Source: Gallionella sp. (GTDB lineage Bacteria; Pseudomonadota; Gammaproteobacteria; Burkholderiales; Gallionellaceae). Taken from it: a stretch of DNA of 64,000 bases. The stretch spans positions 869-64,868 of the forward strand of contig JBAZCE010000001.1 in assembly GCA_041671105.1 (NCBI GenBank), written 5' to 3'. Below the pieces are notes generated by a model. That model saw only the letters and a program-made list of their open reading frames with translations. It ran no database searches and was not told where the DNA came from. The position numbers and the translations under genes were made by a program. This document shows positions 18,791 to 28,631 of this stretch, piece by piece (position 1 is the stretch's first letter; every line of letters starts with the position of its first letter).

Positions 18791-20576
18791 CAAAATGGCG
18801 GCGATATCAAATAAGCCGGTGTACTGGTTCTTCCGGGGAATAGCTTTGGTCTATATCGTGGGTCTAGGCGTATTTTTCGGCCGGGGATTCGATATTACAG
18901 ATGAGAGCTTCTATTTGCTTAACTACAGGCATTGGAGTGAGTTTGCCGGGGGCGTCAGTTTTTTCGGTGCTTATCTGGCGATTCCCTATTATCTTCTCGG
19001 TGAAAGTATCCGGGCTATCCGTTTTTTTGGGCTTGTTATGCTCATGGCGGGTGCTTACTTTTTTGCCTTGGAACTCTTTAAGCAGCTATCCATAAGCGAA
19101 CCCAACGCAAATTATATAAAGGTTGGAGCAACTGCAGTTTCATGTGCAGCAGTCACATTCTATTCGGTATTCGGAACGATTTATTCTCCCGGGTACAACC
19201 TTCTCAATTTGGTTTTAATGCTGTTTTCAGCCGGGTTGTTACTGCGAATATCACGAAAAACCGGTACAAATACTGCAATTTATTTTCTGTATGGTATTGC
19301 TATGGGAGCGATATTTTTTACAAAATTCCCGTCGTTTTTTACCACACTTGCGGCTCATTTCTTAATGGTGGCGTTGATACGTGTCAATGCAAAATGGGGG
19401 GTGTTGGCGAGACTGTTAGTCGCGATTCTGGCAGGTATGCTGGTGAATTATGGATATCTTGCGTTGCAGGCAGGAAATATTCTGAAGATGATATCCGTTG
19501 GAATGGAAAATGGGGCTTTATTAAATCCTCGGGATGTAACGAAGGATACTGTTAATTTATTTATTAGAGACATTCCCGATTTTGTCTCTGCAGGCACGGC
19601 GCAATTATTGCGAGTGATAGTGCCGGCAGTAGCATTCGCAGGTCTGGTTTTGCTTTTGGTTAAACGAATGAAAATATGGACTGACTGGAGCGCGATTCTG
19701 GTCATCGCCATAACCTTCGGTCCCCAGGGTTTTTTATCTTCACGATACCTTCTTAACGGTTCAACCTGGACTGCAATAGGCTTGCTTGGGATTATCTGTT
19801 TATTTGGCTTTTTGAAAAAAAATAATTATTCTCTATCCTCGTTGATTAAGGGCATCTTGCTGGCCGTAATAGTGGCCCTGCTTCCTGTAGCGCACTCGTT
19901 TGGAACCGGTAATTCAGTGCAGCTTGCAGTAGGGATGGGGGTGGTTTTTCCAATTGCGGTTTGTATCGGGTTACTGATAGTTCTTCGTTCGGAGAAGCTT
20001 ATTGGACAATGGGCATTCTTTATCTGTCTCGCGATTATTGCTATTGCCCCACTTTTCCTGATTAGCAAGCAATGGACTCAGGCAGACAAGACTTATAGAT
20101 TGTCGACTGGGCTTGATGGTCAGAATATAAATGTCAGGATTGGAAATGCAGTCGTTGCAGTAGATGATAAATCTGCAAGAGCCTTTGAGGAATTCAGGAC
20201 TATTCTGCGCGAGCAGGGCTATAAAGAAGGAACGCACATAATAGATATGACAGGCTCACCCGGACTTGTTTTAGTCGCCAACGGACGACCGCTCGGATCC
20301 GCATGGATGTCTGTGGGTTATTCCGGTAGCGATGCGGTGGCATTAAGATTATTTGAGCATCATGTAAAGGCTGAAGATATCAAGTCGGCGTGGATATTGT
20401 CTACACCGATGCCCAAAGCCGGACTCGACTGGGCAGGTATAATGCGCCAAGTGTTAGGGAGCGTACCTTTCAAAAAGGCAGGAAGTTTCTGTTTGCCAGT
20501 AACCGAAGGTAATAACAGTTGTGATTCGGCCGGGGGGCTTTCCACAACGATAGAGGTATGGGCGCCACTACAGTGA
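18783..20576 (+). CDS. Polytopic membrane protein, possible GT-C fold glycosyltransferase
   Basis: Many TM segments; GFDITDESFYL (DE motif) after the first TM, as in ArnT/PMT-type GT-C enzymes; soluble C-terminal domain. Confidence 0.65.
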   Translation: MNNKMAAISNKPVYWFFRGIALVYIVGLGVFFGRGFDITDESFYLLNYRHWSEFAGGVSFFGAYLAIPYYLLGESIRAIRFFGLVMLMAGAYFFALELFKQLSISEPNANYIKVGATAVSCAAVTFYSVFGTIYSPGYNLLNLVLMLFSAGLLLRISRKTGTNTAIYFLYGIAMGAIFFTKFPSFFTTLAAHFLMVALIRVNAKWGVLARLLVAILAGMLVNYGYLALQAGNILKMISVGMENGALLNPRDVTKDTVNLFIRDIPDFVSAGTAQLLRVIVPAVAFAGLVLLLVKRMKIWTDWSAILVIAITFGPQGFLSSRYLLNGSTWTAIGLLGIICLFGFLKKNNYSLSSLIKGILLAVIVALLPVAHSFGTGNSVQLAVGMGVVFPIAVCIGLLIVLRSEKLIGQWAFFICLAIIAIAPLFLISKQWTQADKTYRLSTGLDGQNINVRIGNAVVAVDDKSARAFEEFRTILREQGYKEGTHIIDMTGSPGLVLVANGRPLGSAWMSVGYSGSDAVALRLFEHHVKAEDIKSAWILSTPMPKAGLDWAGIMRQVLGSVPFKKAGSFCLPVTEGNNSCDSAGGLSTTIEVWAPLQ

Positions 20577-20592
20577 AGAACTTGATGAACAA

Positions 20593-21906
20593 GTGTTGTC
20601 CGACGTGAAAGAAAAGTATATCGATAATTTGAAAGCCTTGCGCAATAGTGCATTTGTCACGAATGTGGTCAAGCTCGCCGGCGGCAGCGCCATCGGCCAA
20701 GCACTTGTCATGCTCTCCACCCCGTTGATTACCCGGCTTTATGGCCCGGCAGATATGGGGGTTTTTGGCTTGTTTATGTCTTTTATCGCATTTGCCAGCG
20801 TCGGCGTCGCGCTGCGTTACGATCTTGCAATTGTTGCTGCCCGTGACAAATTTGAAGCTGATGTTCTGTTGATTACCTCTATTGCACTCGCTATTCCCTG
20901 TGTTTTAATTGCCTCCGTAGTTTTGTCCGGCATGATCCATTTTAGTATGTTGGGGTTTGCCGCATTGCCCGGCTGGAGTGCGCTGGCGATGTTCGTCGCT
21001 CTGCTAGCGACAGGCGTTTTTTCAAGTCTTCGATTTTGGTACGTAGGCCGGAGAAAGTTCGGCGAAATCAGTCTGGCGCTGGTTTCACAAGGCGCCGGGC
21101 GCGCAATAATCCCCGTCGTACTGGGTTGGCTTTCCACCGGCTGGACAGGTTTACTCGGCGGTGAAATTCTCGGGCGCATGCTGGGCGTAGTCAGGCTGGC
21201 TCGCGGCGCGTGGCCTGATGTTCGAACCACTTTAGCGGCATTGGACATTAAACAGGGTACGCAGGTTTTGCGGCGGTATTGGAAATATCCGGCAGTATTT
21301 TTACCGTCATCAATGATAGATGCCCTTGCAACATCGCTGCCCTTGCCAATCATATCAAGTCTGTTCGGTGTGAGTGCCGCAGGCCAATATTTTCTTGTCT
21401 ATCGTCTTGCCTCCGTTCCGGCTGCATTGATAAGCGCGGGAGTCGCCGATGTTTTTCACGCAAAAATTGCCGAGGCAGCCAGAAGCGATAAGTCATCGGT
21501 TCACCGCATAATGAAAGCTGCCATGCAAAAACTGACGGTCGTCAGTCTGGGCATATACCTTCCAACAGCACTTGTTTCCCCTTTTTTATTTGCGCTTGTA
21601 TTTGGTGAATCCTGGCAACAAGCGGGAATTTTGATGGCAATTCAATCGCTTGCTTGTATGACGGGACTCGTGGTTAGCCCGCTCAGTCGCGCTTTGGCAA
21701 TTTCAAAAAATCCGGAGCTCAAACTTTTACCAGACATCGTTCGATTAATTATGCCGGTGTCCAGCTTTTGGGTCTGTTATTGTTTTGGCATGACTTTTCT
21801 TCTCACTATGGTTGTATTTTCTGTTCTGACCGCAATTTCAGAGATTTTTTACATGTTCATCATCTGGTATGCGACGGCTGAACACCGCCATCTGCCCTTG
21901 CACTGA
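20593..21906 (+). CDS. wzx: O-antigen flippase
   Basis: L..GSAIGQAL...TPLITRLYGP, LRYDLAI, LVFGESW..AG; about 12 TM helices. Confidence 0.85.
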   Translation: MLSDVKEKYIDNLKALRNSAFVTNVVKLAGGSAIGQALVMLSTPLITRLYGPADMGVFGLFMSFIAFASVGVALRYDLAIVAARDKFEADVLLITSIALAIPCVLIASVVLSGMIHFSMLGFAALPGWSALAMFVALLATGVFSSLRFWYVGRRKFGEISLALVSQGAGRAIIPVVLGWLSTGWTGLLGGEILGRMLGVVRLARGAWPDVRTTLAALDIKQGTQVLRRYWKYPAVFLPSSMIDALATSLPLPIISSLFGVSAAGQYFLVYRLASVPAALISAGVADVFHAKIAEAARSDKSSVHRIMKAAMQKLTVVSLGIYLPTALVSPFLFALVFGESWQQAGILMAIQSLACMTGLVVSPLSRALAISKNPELKLLPDIVRLIMPVSSFWVCYCFGMTFLLTMVVFSVLTAISEIFYMFIIWYATAEHRHLPLH

Positions 21907-21908
21907 CT

Positions 21909-23219
21909 ATGTGGAACCGACAAGATGTAATTGCGCGTTTTTTCCTGATGCTGGGCGTTGTTGCCTACATCGCCGCTTTTCTTTTCAGCTATGAACAGTG
22001 GGTGGCACCGCGTTATGCGGGTTGGGGATTATCGTACCGGGAAGTGCCTGCAGGATACATTCTGATTTCGTGGGCTTTGTGTCTCATTTCCGCGCTGTGG
22101 ATGCCGCGCGATTTGACTCGCCCGTCACAGTTGTTGTTTTATATTCAGTACTTTGTAATATTCATCCCGGCAAGTTTCATACTTTATCATTCAGGTAGAC
22201 CGGGGTTCCCGCCGGAAGAGGTTCTCATTATCGTTTTCGCCCTCTTTTCCGGTTTAACGATCCTGCAGGCAAGTTATAAGCTTCCTCTCCTTGACATTAA
22301 GCGAGACGGCCTTTCCGCCCGGGTATTCTGGAGAATTTTTTGGTGCGTTGCAGCCGGACTTGTTGTCTATCTCCTGAGCGTTTTTGGCAGTCATTTTCAA
22401 CTGGCCGATTTCAAGGGTATATACGATGTCCGGCGCACTTCAAGTGAACTCGTGGCATCCTCAGGGGGGGCTTTCGCTGGTTATGCGCAAACATGGCTGT
22501 CCGGCTTTATCTTACCCTTCTTGTTTTCGGTAGGCGTTTTTCGCAAACGCTGGGGTTTTGTCGTTACGGCTGCTGCTGGTTATCTTTACCTGCTAGGTGT
22601 GGGCGGGAGTAAATCCACTATGTTAGCTATAGTTTACTTATCAGCCATCTATTTTCTTGTTCGCTCAGGAGGGAAAAATGCGGGCGTAAAAATCGCTATA
22701 TGCTTCGCGGGCCTGCTGTTGTTTCCGGCAGTTTTGACTTTGACAGGATCGGCAGGTGGAGCCATCGATACCTGGTATGTTGCTATTATCCATTCGCGTA
22801 TTTTCAATATTCCAGCGCTTTCGATCGGACAATACTACAGTTTTTTCGAAAACCACCCGCTTACATACGGGTCACATATTAGCGGTGTAAATCAGTTCCT
22901 AACCTACCCTTATGATATGGATATACCAAGAACAATCGGCAAATACTTCTACCACGCCGAGCTTACCGCTAACGTCAATATGTGGGCGCAGGATGGCATT
23001 GCTTCATTCGGCCTGATTGGCATTCCCGTTGTGTCTGTAATAGCAGCCGTGTTATTCTGGTCATTCGATAGTATTGCTAGCCGTCATGACTCGCGTTTTG
23101 TTACGGTTGCTCTGGGCAATATTGCCTTAAGTTTCGCGAATATATCCTTATTCACGACCATTATTAGCGGAGGGTTGTTTTTGTTGATCGTCGCGCTTTA
23201 TTTTTATCGTAAGGAATAA
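21909..23219 (+). CDS. Putative O-antigen polymerase (Wzy-like)
   Basis: Polytopic membrane protein with a periplasmic loop (R...IPA...Y..FF; ANVNMWAQDG...FG..G), directly after wzx. Confidence 0.65.
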   Translation: MWNRQDVIARFFLMLGVVAYIAAFLFSYEQWVAPRYAGWGLSYREVPAGYILISWALCLISALWMPRDLTRPSQLLFYIQYFVIFIPASFILYHSGRPGFPPEEVLIIVFALFSGLTILQASYKLPLLDIKRDGLSARVFWRIFWCVAAGLVVYLLSVFGSHFQLADFKGIYDVRRTSSELVASSGGAFAGYAQTWLSGFILPFLFSVGVFRKRWGFVVTAAAGYLYLLGVGGSKSTMLAIVYLSAIYFLVRSGGKNAGVKIAICFAGLLLFPAVLTLTGSAGGAIDTWYVAIIHSRIFNIPALSIGQYYSFFENHPLTYGSHISGVNQFLTYPYDMDIPRTIGKYFYHAELTANVNMWAQDGIASFGLIGIPVVSVIAAVLFWSFDSIASRHDSRFVTVALGNIALSFANISLFTTIISGGLFLLIVALYFYRKE

Positions 23220-23222
23220 TTT

Positions 23223-24302
23223 TTGAAAGTCGTTACTATAGTTGGTGCGCGCCCGCAATTTATCAAGGCAGCCGTGATTAGCAGAGAGATCGCTAAGCAC
23301 CAGGGAATAAGGGAGGTGATTGTCCATACGGGGCAACACTTCGACGAAAATATGTCTGACATTTTTTTCGAGGAGATGCAGATACCGACGCCGCACTATC
23401 ATCTTGATATTAATTCGATGAGTCACGGTGCTATGACTGGCCGAATGCTTGAAAAGATAGAAGAAGTGCTTCTCCTCGAACGACCAGATTTCGTCATGGT
23501 GTATGGCGATACTAATTCAACGCTTGCCGGCGCACTTGCTGCAAAAAAACTTCACATCAAAGTCATTCATATTGAAGCCGGTCTAAGGAGTTTCAATATG
23601 TCTATGCCAGAAGAAATCAATCGAATTTTGACAGATCGCATCAGTGATATTTTGTGTTGTCCGACGGAACAGGCAGCCAAAAACCTGAATGATGAAGGCT
23701 ATTCTAATTTGCCGTCAAAGGTTGTGATGACCGGAGACGTGATGCAGGATGCAGCTATTTTCTATCGAGAACGGGCGGGTAGCGATAAAAGCATCGTTTC
23801 CAGGCTGGGGCTTGAAGGAAAGAAGTTCGTTCTTTGTACCGTGCATCGAGCGGAAAATACCGATAATCTTGACAGATTGCGCGGCATTATCGGGGCGCTT
23901 AACGAGATATCTGACGAAATAGAGATCGTTTTTCCTGTCCATCCAAGAACACAGAAAATTATTGCAGAAAACAAGCTTGCGCTTTCCTGCAAGACTATCG
24001 ATCCGGTAGGTTATCTGGATATGGTCAATTTGTTAACCCATGCAAAAATCGTACTAACCGACAGCGGCGGTCTTCAGAAAGAGGCATTTTTCTTCGCGAA
24101 ACCCTGCGTTACCTTAAGGGACGAGACTGAGTGGGTCGAGCTGATAGAAGGTAACTTCAATTCCCTCGCGGGAGCGAATCAGGAAAGAATTGTTTCGTTA
24201 TTTAAAACGATGTGCCAAGCCAAGCCGGATTTCACCAAGGATCTTTACGGTGCGGGCACTGCGGCCAAGCGCATAGTTGCCTTGCTTGAGCAATATGCTT
24301 GA
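23223..24302 (+). CDS. Non-hydrolysing UDP-GlcNAc-type 2-epimerase (WecB/WbpI family)
   Basis: VGARPQFIK, HTGQHFD, VYGDTNSTLAG, HIEAGLRSF..MPEEINR, HRAEN, TDSGGLQKEA; TTG start. Confidence 0.92.
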   Translation: MKVVTIVGARPQFIKAAVISREIAKHQGIREVIVHTGQHFDENMSDIFFEEMQIPTPHYHLDINSMSHGAMTGRMLEKIEEVLLLERPDFVMVYGDTNSTLAGALAAKKLHIKVIHIEAGLRSFNMSMPEEINRILTDRISDILCCPTEQAAKNLNDEGYSNLPSKVVMTGDVMQDAAIFYRERAGSDKSIVSRLGLEGKKFVLCTVHRAENTDNLDRLRGIIGALNEISDEIEIVFPVHPRTQKIIAENKLALSCKTIDPVGYLDMVNLLTHAKIVLTDSGGLQKEAFFFAKPCVTLRDETEWVELIEGNFNSLAGANQERIVSLFKTMCQAKPDFTKDLYGAGTAAKRIVALLEQYA

Positions 24303-24352
24303 TGAACAATCCGGCAATTTTGTGTATGTGTAACCTTGACTAAATAAATCAA

Positions 24353-25558
24353 ATGAAAATTGTTATTCTTTCCGAAACTTTTTCAAAAAATATGGGATAC
24401 ATGGTGGCTATGCTGCCTAGATATCTTGCTCGATTAGGTGCTGATGTGCATGTCGTCACGACTGACTTGTCTCCTTATTATCAAACGCAGGATTTTGCCA
24501 AGACATATGCTGAGTTCTCCAGTAAAAGCCAACTGGCGCTCGGGTCTGTTGAATCGCACGATGGCTACACCCTTCATGCCCTTCCTCACCATCGTGTTTT
24601 GGGTCATCTGCGAATTAAGGGGTTAAGGAAAAAACTTGCTGAAATTCAGCCTGATATCGTCTATTCTCTGCCAGCTATAGGGTGGATTCCACTCGAAGCA
24701 ACTTTATTAAAGATACTGTTCGGTTTTAAACTCTTCACCGGAAATCATACCACGGCCTCCGTTTTTCCACTTGCCCGTCGAACAACATCACAATTCGATA
24801 TTGCATATGTCAAAAACTTTCTGACTCGTGTAATTCCCGGGAGATTCACCAGCCTTTTCACGGAAAAATGTTATGGAGCGACCAAAGACTGTGCCGATAT
24901 CGCGGTTCGTTTTTTTGGCGTCGAAAAAAGCAAGATTGATGTTTGCCCTCTTGGCGTCGATACTGACCTGTTTCATCCTCTCAAAACTGAGGAGGACTAT
25001 AACGAACGCGTGCATTTTCGAAATGAACTCGGTGTCGGGGATGACGATATTGTCTGCGTTTACACCGGGCGATTTTCAGACGACAAGAACCCGCTCGTTC
25101 TTGGTGAGGCAGTAGCGCGGTTGGTTGCGCAAGGAGAGCCCTACAGGGCGATTTTTGTTGGTCATGGCGTGCAGGCGGAATCGTTGAAGCATTTGCCGGC
25201 TTGTACAGTGTTTCCTTTTACTCCCGTGGAAAATCTTCCTCAATATTATCGTTCTGCCGACATTGGCGTCTGGCCTACACAGGAGTCAACATCAATGCTT
25301 GATGCTGCTGCTTGCGGCTTACCGTTGGTTGTTAACGATACTATCATCGCGACCGAGCGGATTGAAGGAAATGGATTGACCTACCATCTCAACGATGTAG
25401 ATGACATGGTACGAGTTCTCCTTCTGCTTAAAGATCCATCTCTCAGAAAGAAACTAGGTGAGGTCGGTGCGCATAAAATGGCAATGGAGTTCAATTGGGG
25501 GGCAATAGCCAGACGACGATTCAAAGATTTTAATTTGGCACTAGGCAATCTACAATAA
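24353..25558 (+). CDS. GT4 glycosyltransferase
   Basis: PLGVDTDLF, YTGR...K, YRSADIGVWP, LDAAACGLP, FNW. Confidence 0.85.
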   Translation: MKIVILSETFSKNMGYMVAMLPRYLARLGADVHVVTTDLSPYYQTQDFAKTYAEFSSKSQLALGSVESHDGYTLHALPHHRVLGHLRIKGLRKKLAEIQPDIVYSLPAIGWIPLEATLLKILFGFKLFTGNHTTASVFPLARRTTSQFDIAYVKNFLTRVIPGRFTSLFTEKCYGATKDCADIAVRFFGVEKSKIDVCPLGVDTDLFHPLKTEEDYNERVHFRNELGVGDDDIVCVYTGRFSDDKNPLVLGEAVARLVAQGEPYRAIFVGHGVQAESLKHLPACTVFPFTPVENLPQYYRSADIGVWPTQESTSMLDAAACGLPLVVNDTIIATERIEGNGLTYHLNDVDDMVRVLLLLKDPSLRKKLGEVGAHKMAMEFNWGAIARRRFKDFNLALGNLQ

Positions 25559-25832
25559 ATCTGGAAATACAGACTGTTCTGCCCTGCCACATAAAATGCT
25601 AATGGGCGTTTGCCCTGTTTTTTAATGGTCCCATGGCCGAAAGATGACTGAATTCAACCGTGCGCTAATATTTAGGCCGATGATCTGCACATTTTGATAC
25701 AACCGAAGCAAAAAGATCCGGATGTAATCAATGTGAGTCCGGCTGCAGAATTTAGATAAACAGTTCAAATAGGTACGGGGGCAAGATTTAAACCTATGGT
25801 TCCCATGTCCTTTTTAATTTGGAGATAATCAA

Positions 25833-26741
25833 ATGAGCAACAAAATGACTTGTCCGTTATGTAGTAGCGAGTCGTCAGCAATATTAAAAACATTTCAATT
25901 GTCTGATCTCGCGAAGCTTTGGAAAAAAAATATTGGCTTTAATCCCTTTGTTAAAACGACACATGCAGCATTAGAGAAGCGCTTGTGCGTTAATTGCGGT
26001 TTGGTGCACTTTTATCCGCAAATAATTGGTGATGCGACATTTTATAGTGAGCTATCTACTACCGAAGGCTACTACCCGGACAATAAATGGGAGTTCGATA
26101 AAGCAATCGATATAATCAGTCAGTACAAACCAGCCAGTATTTTGGAAATTGGTTGCGGTGAAGGTTATTTCCTGTCACGCATTGCCACTTGTGCAGACAG
26201 GGTTCTGGGAATAGATATAAATAGCCGGGCACTTGCTATTGCCGAAAAAAAGGGATTGAAAGTCAGCAACAAGTCCATTGAAGAAATAGAAGAAAAATTT
26301 GATATGATCGTCCTCTTTCAAGTGCTGGAACACTTGGAGTTGCCTATGGGGCTCATTTCAGAAGCTGTAAAAAAATTAAATTCAGGAGGCGTGCTGATGC
26401 TGGCAGTACCTAATCCTGACGGGTTTTTGAAGCATGTCGATGTACATATACTTGATATGCCTCCGCACCATGCCACTATTTGGTCAAAGAAAGCGCTGTG
26501 TTATCTTGTGGAGCAATGTGGATTATCAACAACAGGTTATGACGCAGAGCCTATCCGTTTTGAACATTTGCGTGCGCAGCTATTTTCCCAGATTAATCAA
26601 GATCAAAGAATGTGGGGAGTAATAAAATTCATGCAAAAAATTTCTGTTCTATTATGCTTGCCAATTTTGTATATGCTGCATAAACCGGCAGAAAATTTAG
26701 GGCAGACACATATGATCGTGGCAAAGAAAGTGGTTTCGTAA
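25833..26741 (+). CDS. Class I SAM-dependent methyltransferase with N-terminal CxxC pairs
   Basis: CPLC..CVNC, ILEIGCGEG, FQVLEHL, AVPN, DMPPHH. Confidence 0.85.
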   Translation: MSNKMTCPLCSSESSAILKTFQLSDLAKLWKKNIGFNPFVKTTHAALEKRLCVNCGLVHFYPQIIGDATFYSELSTTEGYYPDNKWEFDKAIDIISQYKPASILEIGCGEGYFLSRIATCADRVLGIDINSRALAIAEKKGLKVSNKSIEEIEEKFDMIVLFQVLEHLELPMGLISEAVKKLNSGGVLMLAVPNPDGFLKHVDVHILDMPPHHATIWSKKALCYLVEQCGLSTTGYDAEPIRFEHLRAQLFSQINQDQRMWGVIKFMQKISVLLCLPILYMLHKPAENLGQTHMIVAKKVVS

Positions 26742-26781
26742 ATATGTTTAGTAAACAACCAAAAGTGAAGGCAGGACAAGC

Positions 26782-27528
26782 TTGAACGCTTCCTTGAAAT
26801 CTTATTTTGTTTCAATGAGTTTTAGCCCGACCTGGCTCGGTATTTTCGTTAATCCGTTTTGGCTTTGCCGCAGGGAACTGGCGCTGGCTTTATCAGACCT
26901 GGCGCCTCGTTTAACAGGTACGGTTCTGGATTTTGGTTCAGGCAGTCAACCATACCGGCCTTTGCTAACGAACTGTGCTCATTACACCAGCCTGGAATAC
27001 GATACGCCACAAAATCGCGAGCGCAAGGTGGCTGATATTTTTTACGATGGGAAGAGTATTCCGGCTGAAGATAACAGCTTCGACGGACTTCTCTCCACCC
27101 AGACTCTTGAGCATGTACCAAACCCGGAAGTGATTGTTGGTGAATGGGCGCGAGTACTAAAGGATGGGGGCATGTTGCTGATTACTATGCCGTTCATGTG
27201 GCCTGAACATGAGATGCCTTATGATTTTCAGCGGTATTCAAGCGGTGGCTTGCGTCTTTTGTTGGAAAAATACGGATTTGAGATCGTTGAGCAGCGCAGG
27301 TTGTTAAGCGATTGCCGTGCACCCGCGCAATTGTTTCTGGCCTGGATTTTCGATGCTGTTCTGGTTAAGTTACGTCCCAAGGTGTTGCGATTACTTTTGA
27401 CCCCATTGCTGTGTATGCCGGTTTCACTCCTTGCAAGCATGTTGGCGACCATATCGCCCAAAAATTCAAATACATACCTTGATAATCTGGTTTTGGCCAA
27501 GCGCAAAAAGACTGCGTCAGTAAATTGA
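26782..27528 (+). CDS. Class I SAM-dependent methyltransferase (type 11-like)
   Basis: VLDFGSGSQPY, YDGKSIP, QTLEHV, PF.WPEHEMPYDFQRY. Confidence 0.85.
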   Translation: MNASLKSYFVSMSFSPTWLGIFVNPFWLCRRELALALSDLAPRLTGTVLDFGSGSQPYRPLLTNCAHYTSLEYDTPQNRERKVADIFYDGKSIPAEDNSFDGLLSTQTLEHVPNPEVIVGEWARVLKDGGMLLITMPFMWPEHEMPYDFQRYSSGGLRLLLEKYGFEIVEQRRLLSDCRAPAQLFLAWIFDAVLVKLRPKVLRLLLTPLLCMPVSLLASMLATISPKNSNTYLDNLVLAKRKKTASVN

Positions 27529-27632
27529 AGGTATAAGTAACCAGATAATATTTTCATCAAATTGTCTGGGATGAGTGGGTGGGCATCCGGCAGTTAACTT
27601 TGCCGGTGAATTTGAAAACTGGAGAAATAAAG

Positions 27633-28631
27633 ATGGGGAATAATATTTTCGCCGGCAAGCAGGTTCTGATAACCGGAGGTTTGGGTTTTATTGGCTCCAA
27701 TCTGGCCAGGAAGCTGATTAGCGAGGGCGCAAATGTCACCCTGGTAGACAGCCTGATCCCGCAATACGGAGGAAACCTGTTCAACATCCATGATTTTTCG
27801 GACAAGGTGAAGGTAAATATCAGCGATGTGCGCGATCCTTTTTCAATGGCCTATCTGGTGCAGGATAAGGATTATCTTTTTAATCTTGCAGGCCAAACCA
27901 GCCATCTGGATTCGATGACAAATCCGCAAGCCGATCTTGAAATCAATGCTTCTGCGCAGTTGTCTATTCTGGAGGCCTGTCGGCAACACAATCAGAAAAT
28001 CAAAATCGTATTCGCCAGCACGCGACAGCTATACGGTAAGCCGGAGTACCTGCCAGTCGATGAAACGCATCCGATCAGGCCCGTGGACGTAAATGGCATC
28101 AACAAATTAGCAGGCGAGTGGTATCACTTGCTCTATAACAATGTATATGGAATCAGAGCTTGTGCGTTGCGCCTGACAAATACATATGGTCCCGGTATGC
28201 GGGTAAAAGATGCAAGGCAGACTTTTTTAGGTATCTGGATCAGGAACGTCATTGAGGGTAAGCCTATTCTGGTGTTTGGCGATGGCTTGCAGTTGCGCGA
28301 TTTTAATTATGTGGACGATGTGGTCGATGCGCTTTTGCTGGCGGCGCTCGATGCAAAAGCAGATGGACAAGTATTTAACCTGGGCAGCAAAGAGGTAGTG
28401 AGTCTGGGGCAGTTAGCGCAGATGTTCTGTGATTTGAGCCCCGAATCAAGCTACGAAATTGTGCCATTTCCTCCGGAGCGCAAGGCGATCGATATCGGCG
28501 ATTACTATAGCGATTATGACAAATTGCAAACTACTTTGGGGTGGCAGCCAAAGACTGACTTGAAACAAGGATTGGCAAACTGTCTTGCCTATTATCGAGA
28601 ACATCAGCAGGCATATTGGAGCGCGGCATGA
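27633..28631 (+). CDS. NAD-dependent epimerase/dehydratase
   Basis: LITGGLGFIGSNL, FNLAGQTSH, LTNTYGP, FGDG.QLRDFNYVDD; has NGINK in place of YxxxK; GGAG RBS before ATG 27633. Confidence 0.88.
   Translation: MGNNIFAGKQVLITGGLGFIGSNLARKLISEGANVTLVDSLIPQYGGNLFNIHDFSDKVKVNISDVRDPFSMAYLVQDKDYLFNLAGQTSHLDSMTNPQADLEINASAQLSILEACRQHNQKIKIVFASTRQLYGKPEYLPVDETHPIRPVDVNGINKLAGEWYHLLYNNVYGIRACALRLTNTYGPGMRVKDARQTFLGIWIRNVIEGKPILVFGDGLQLRDFNYVDDVVDALLLAALDAKADGQVFNLGSKEVVSLGQLAQMFCDLSPESSYEIVPFPPERKAIDIGDYYSDYDKLQTTLGWQPKTDLKQGLANCLAYYREHQQAYWSAA

Noticed and set aside
25559-25832. 274-nt gap that might hold a gene remnant or sRNA
   Set aside because: I could not identify homology to any neighbour, a convincing structure or an ORF.
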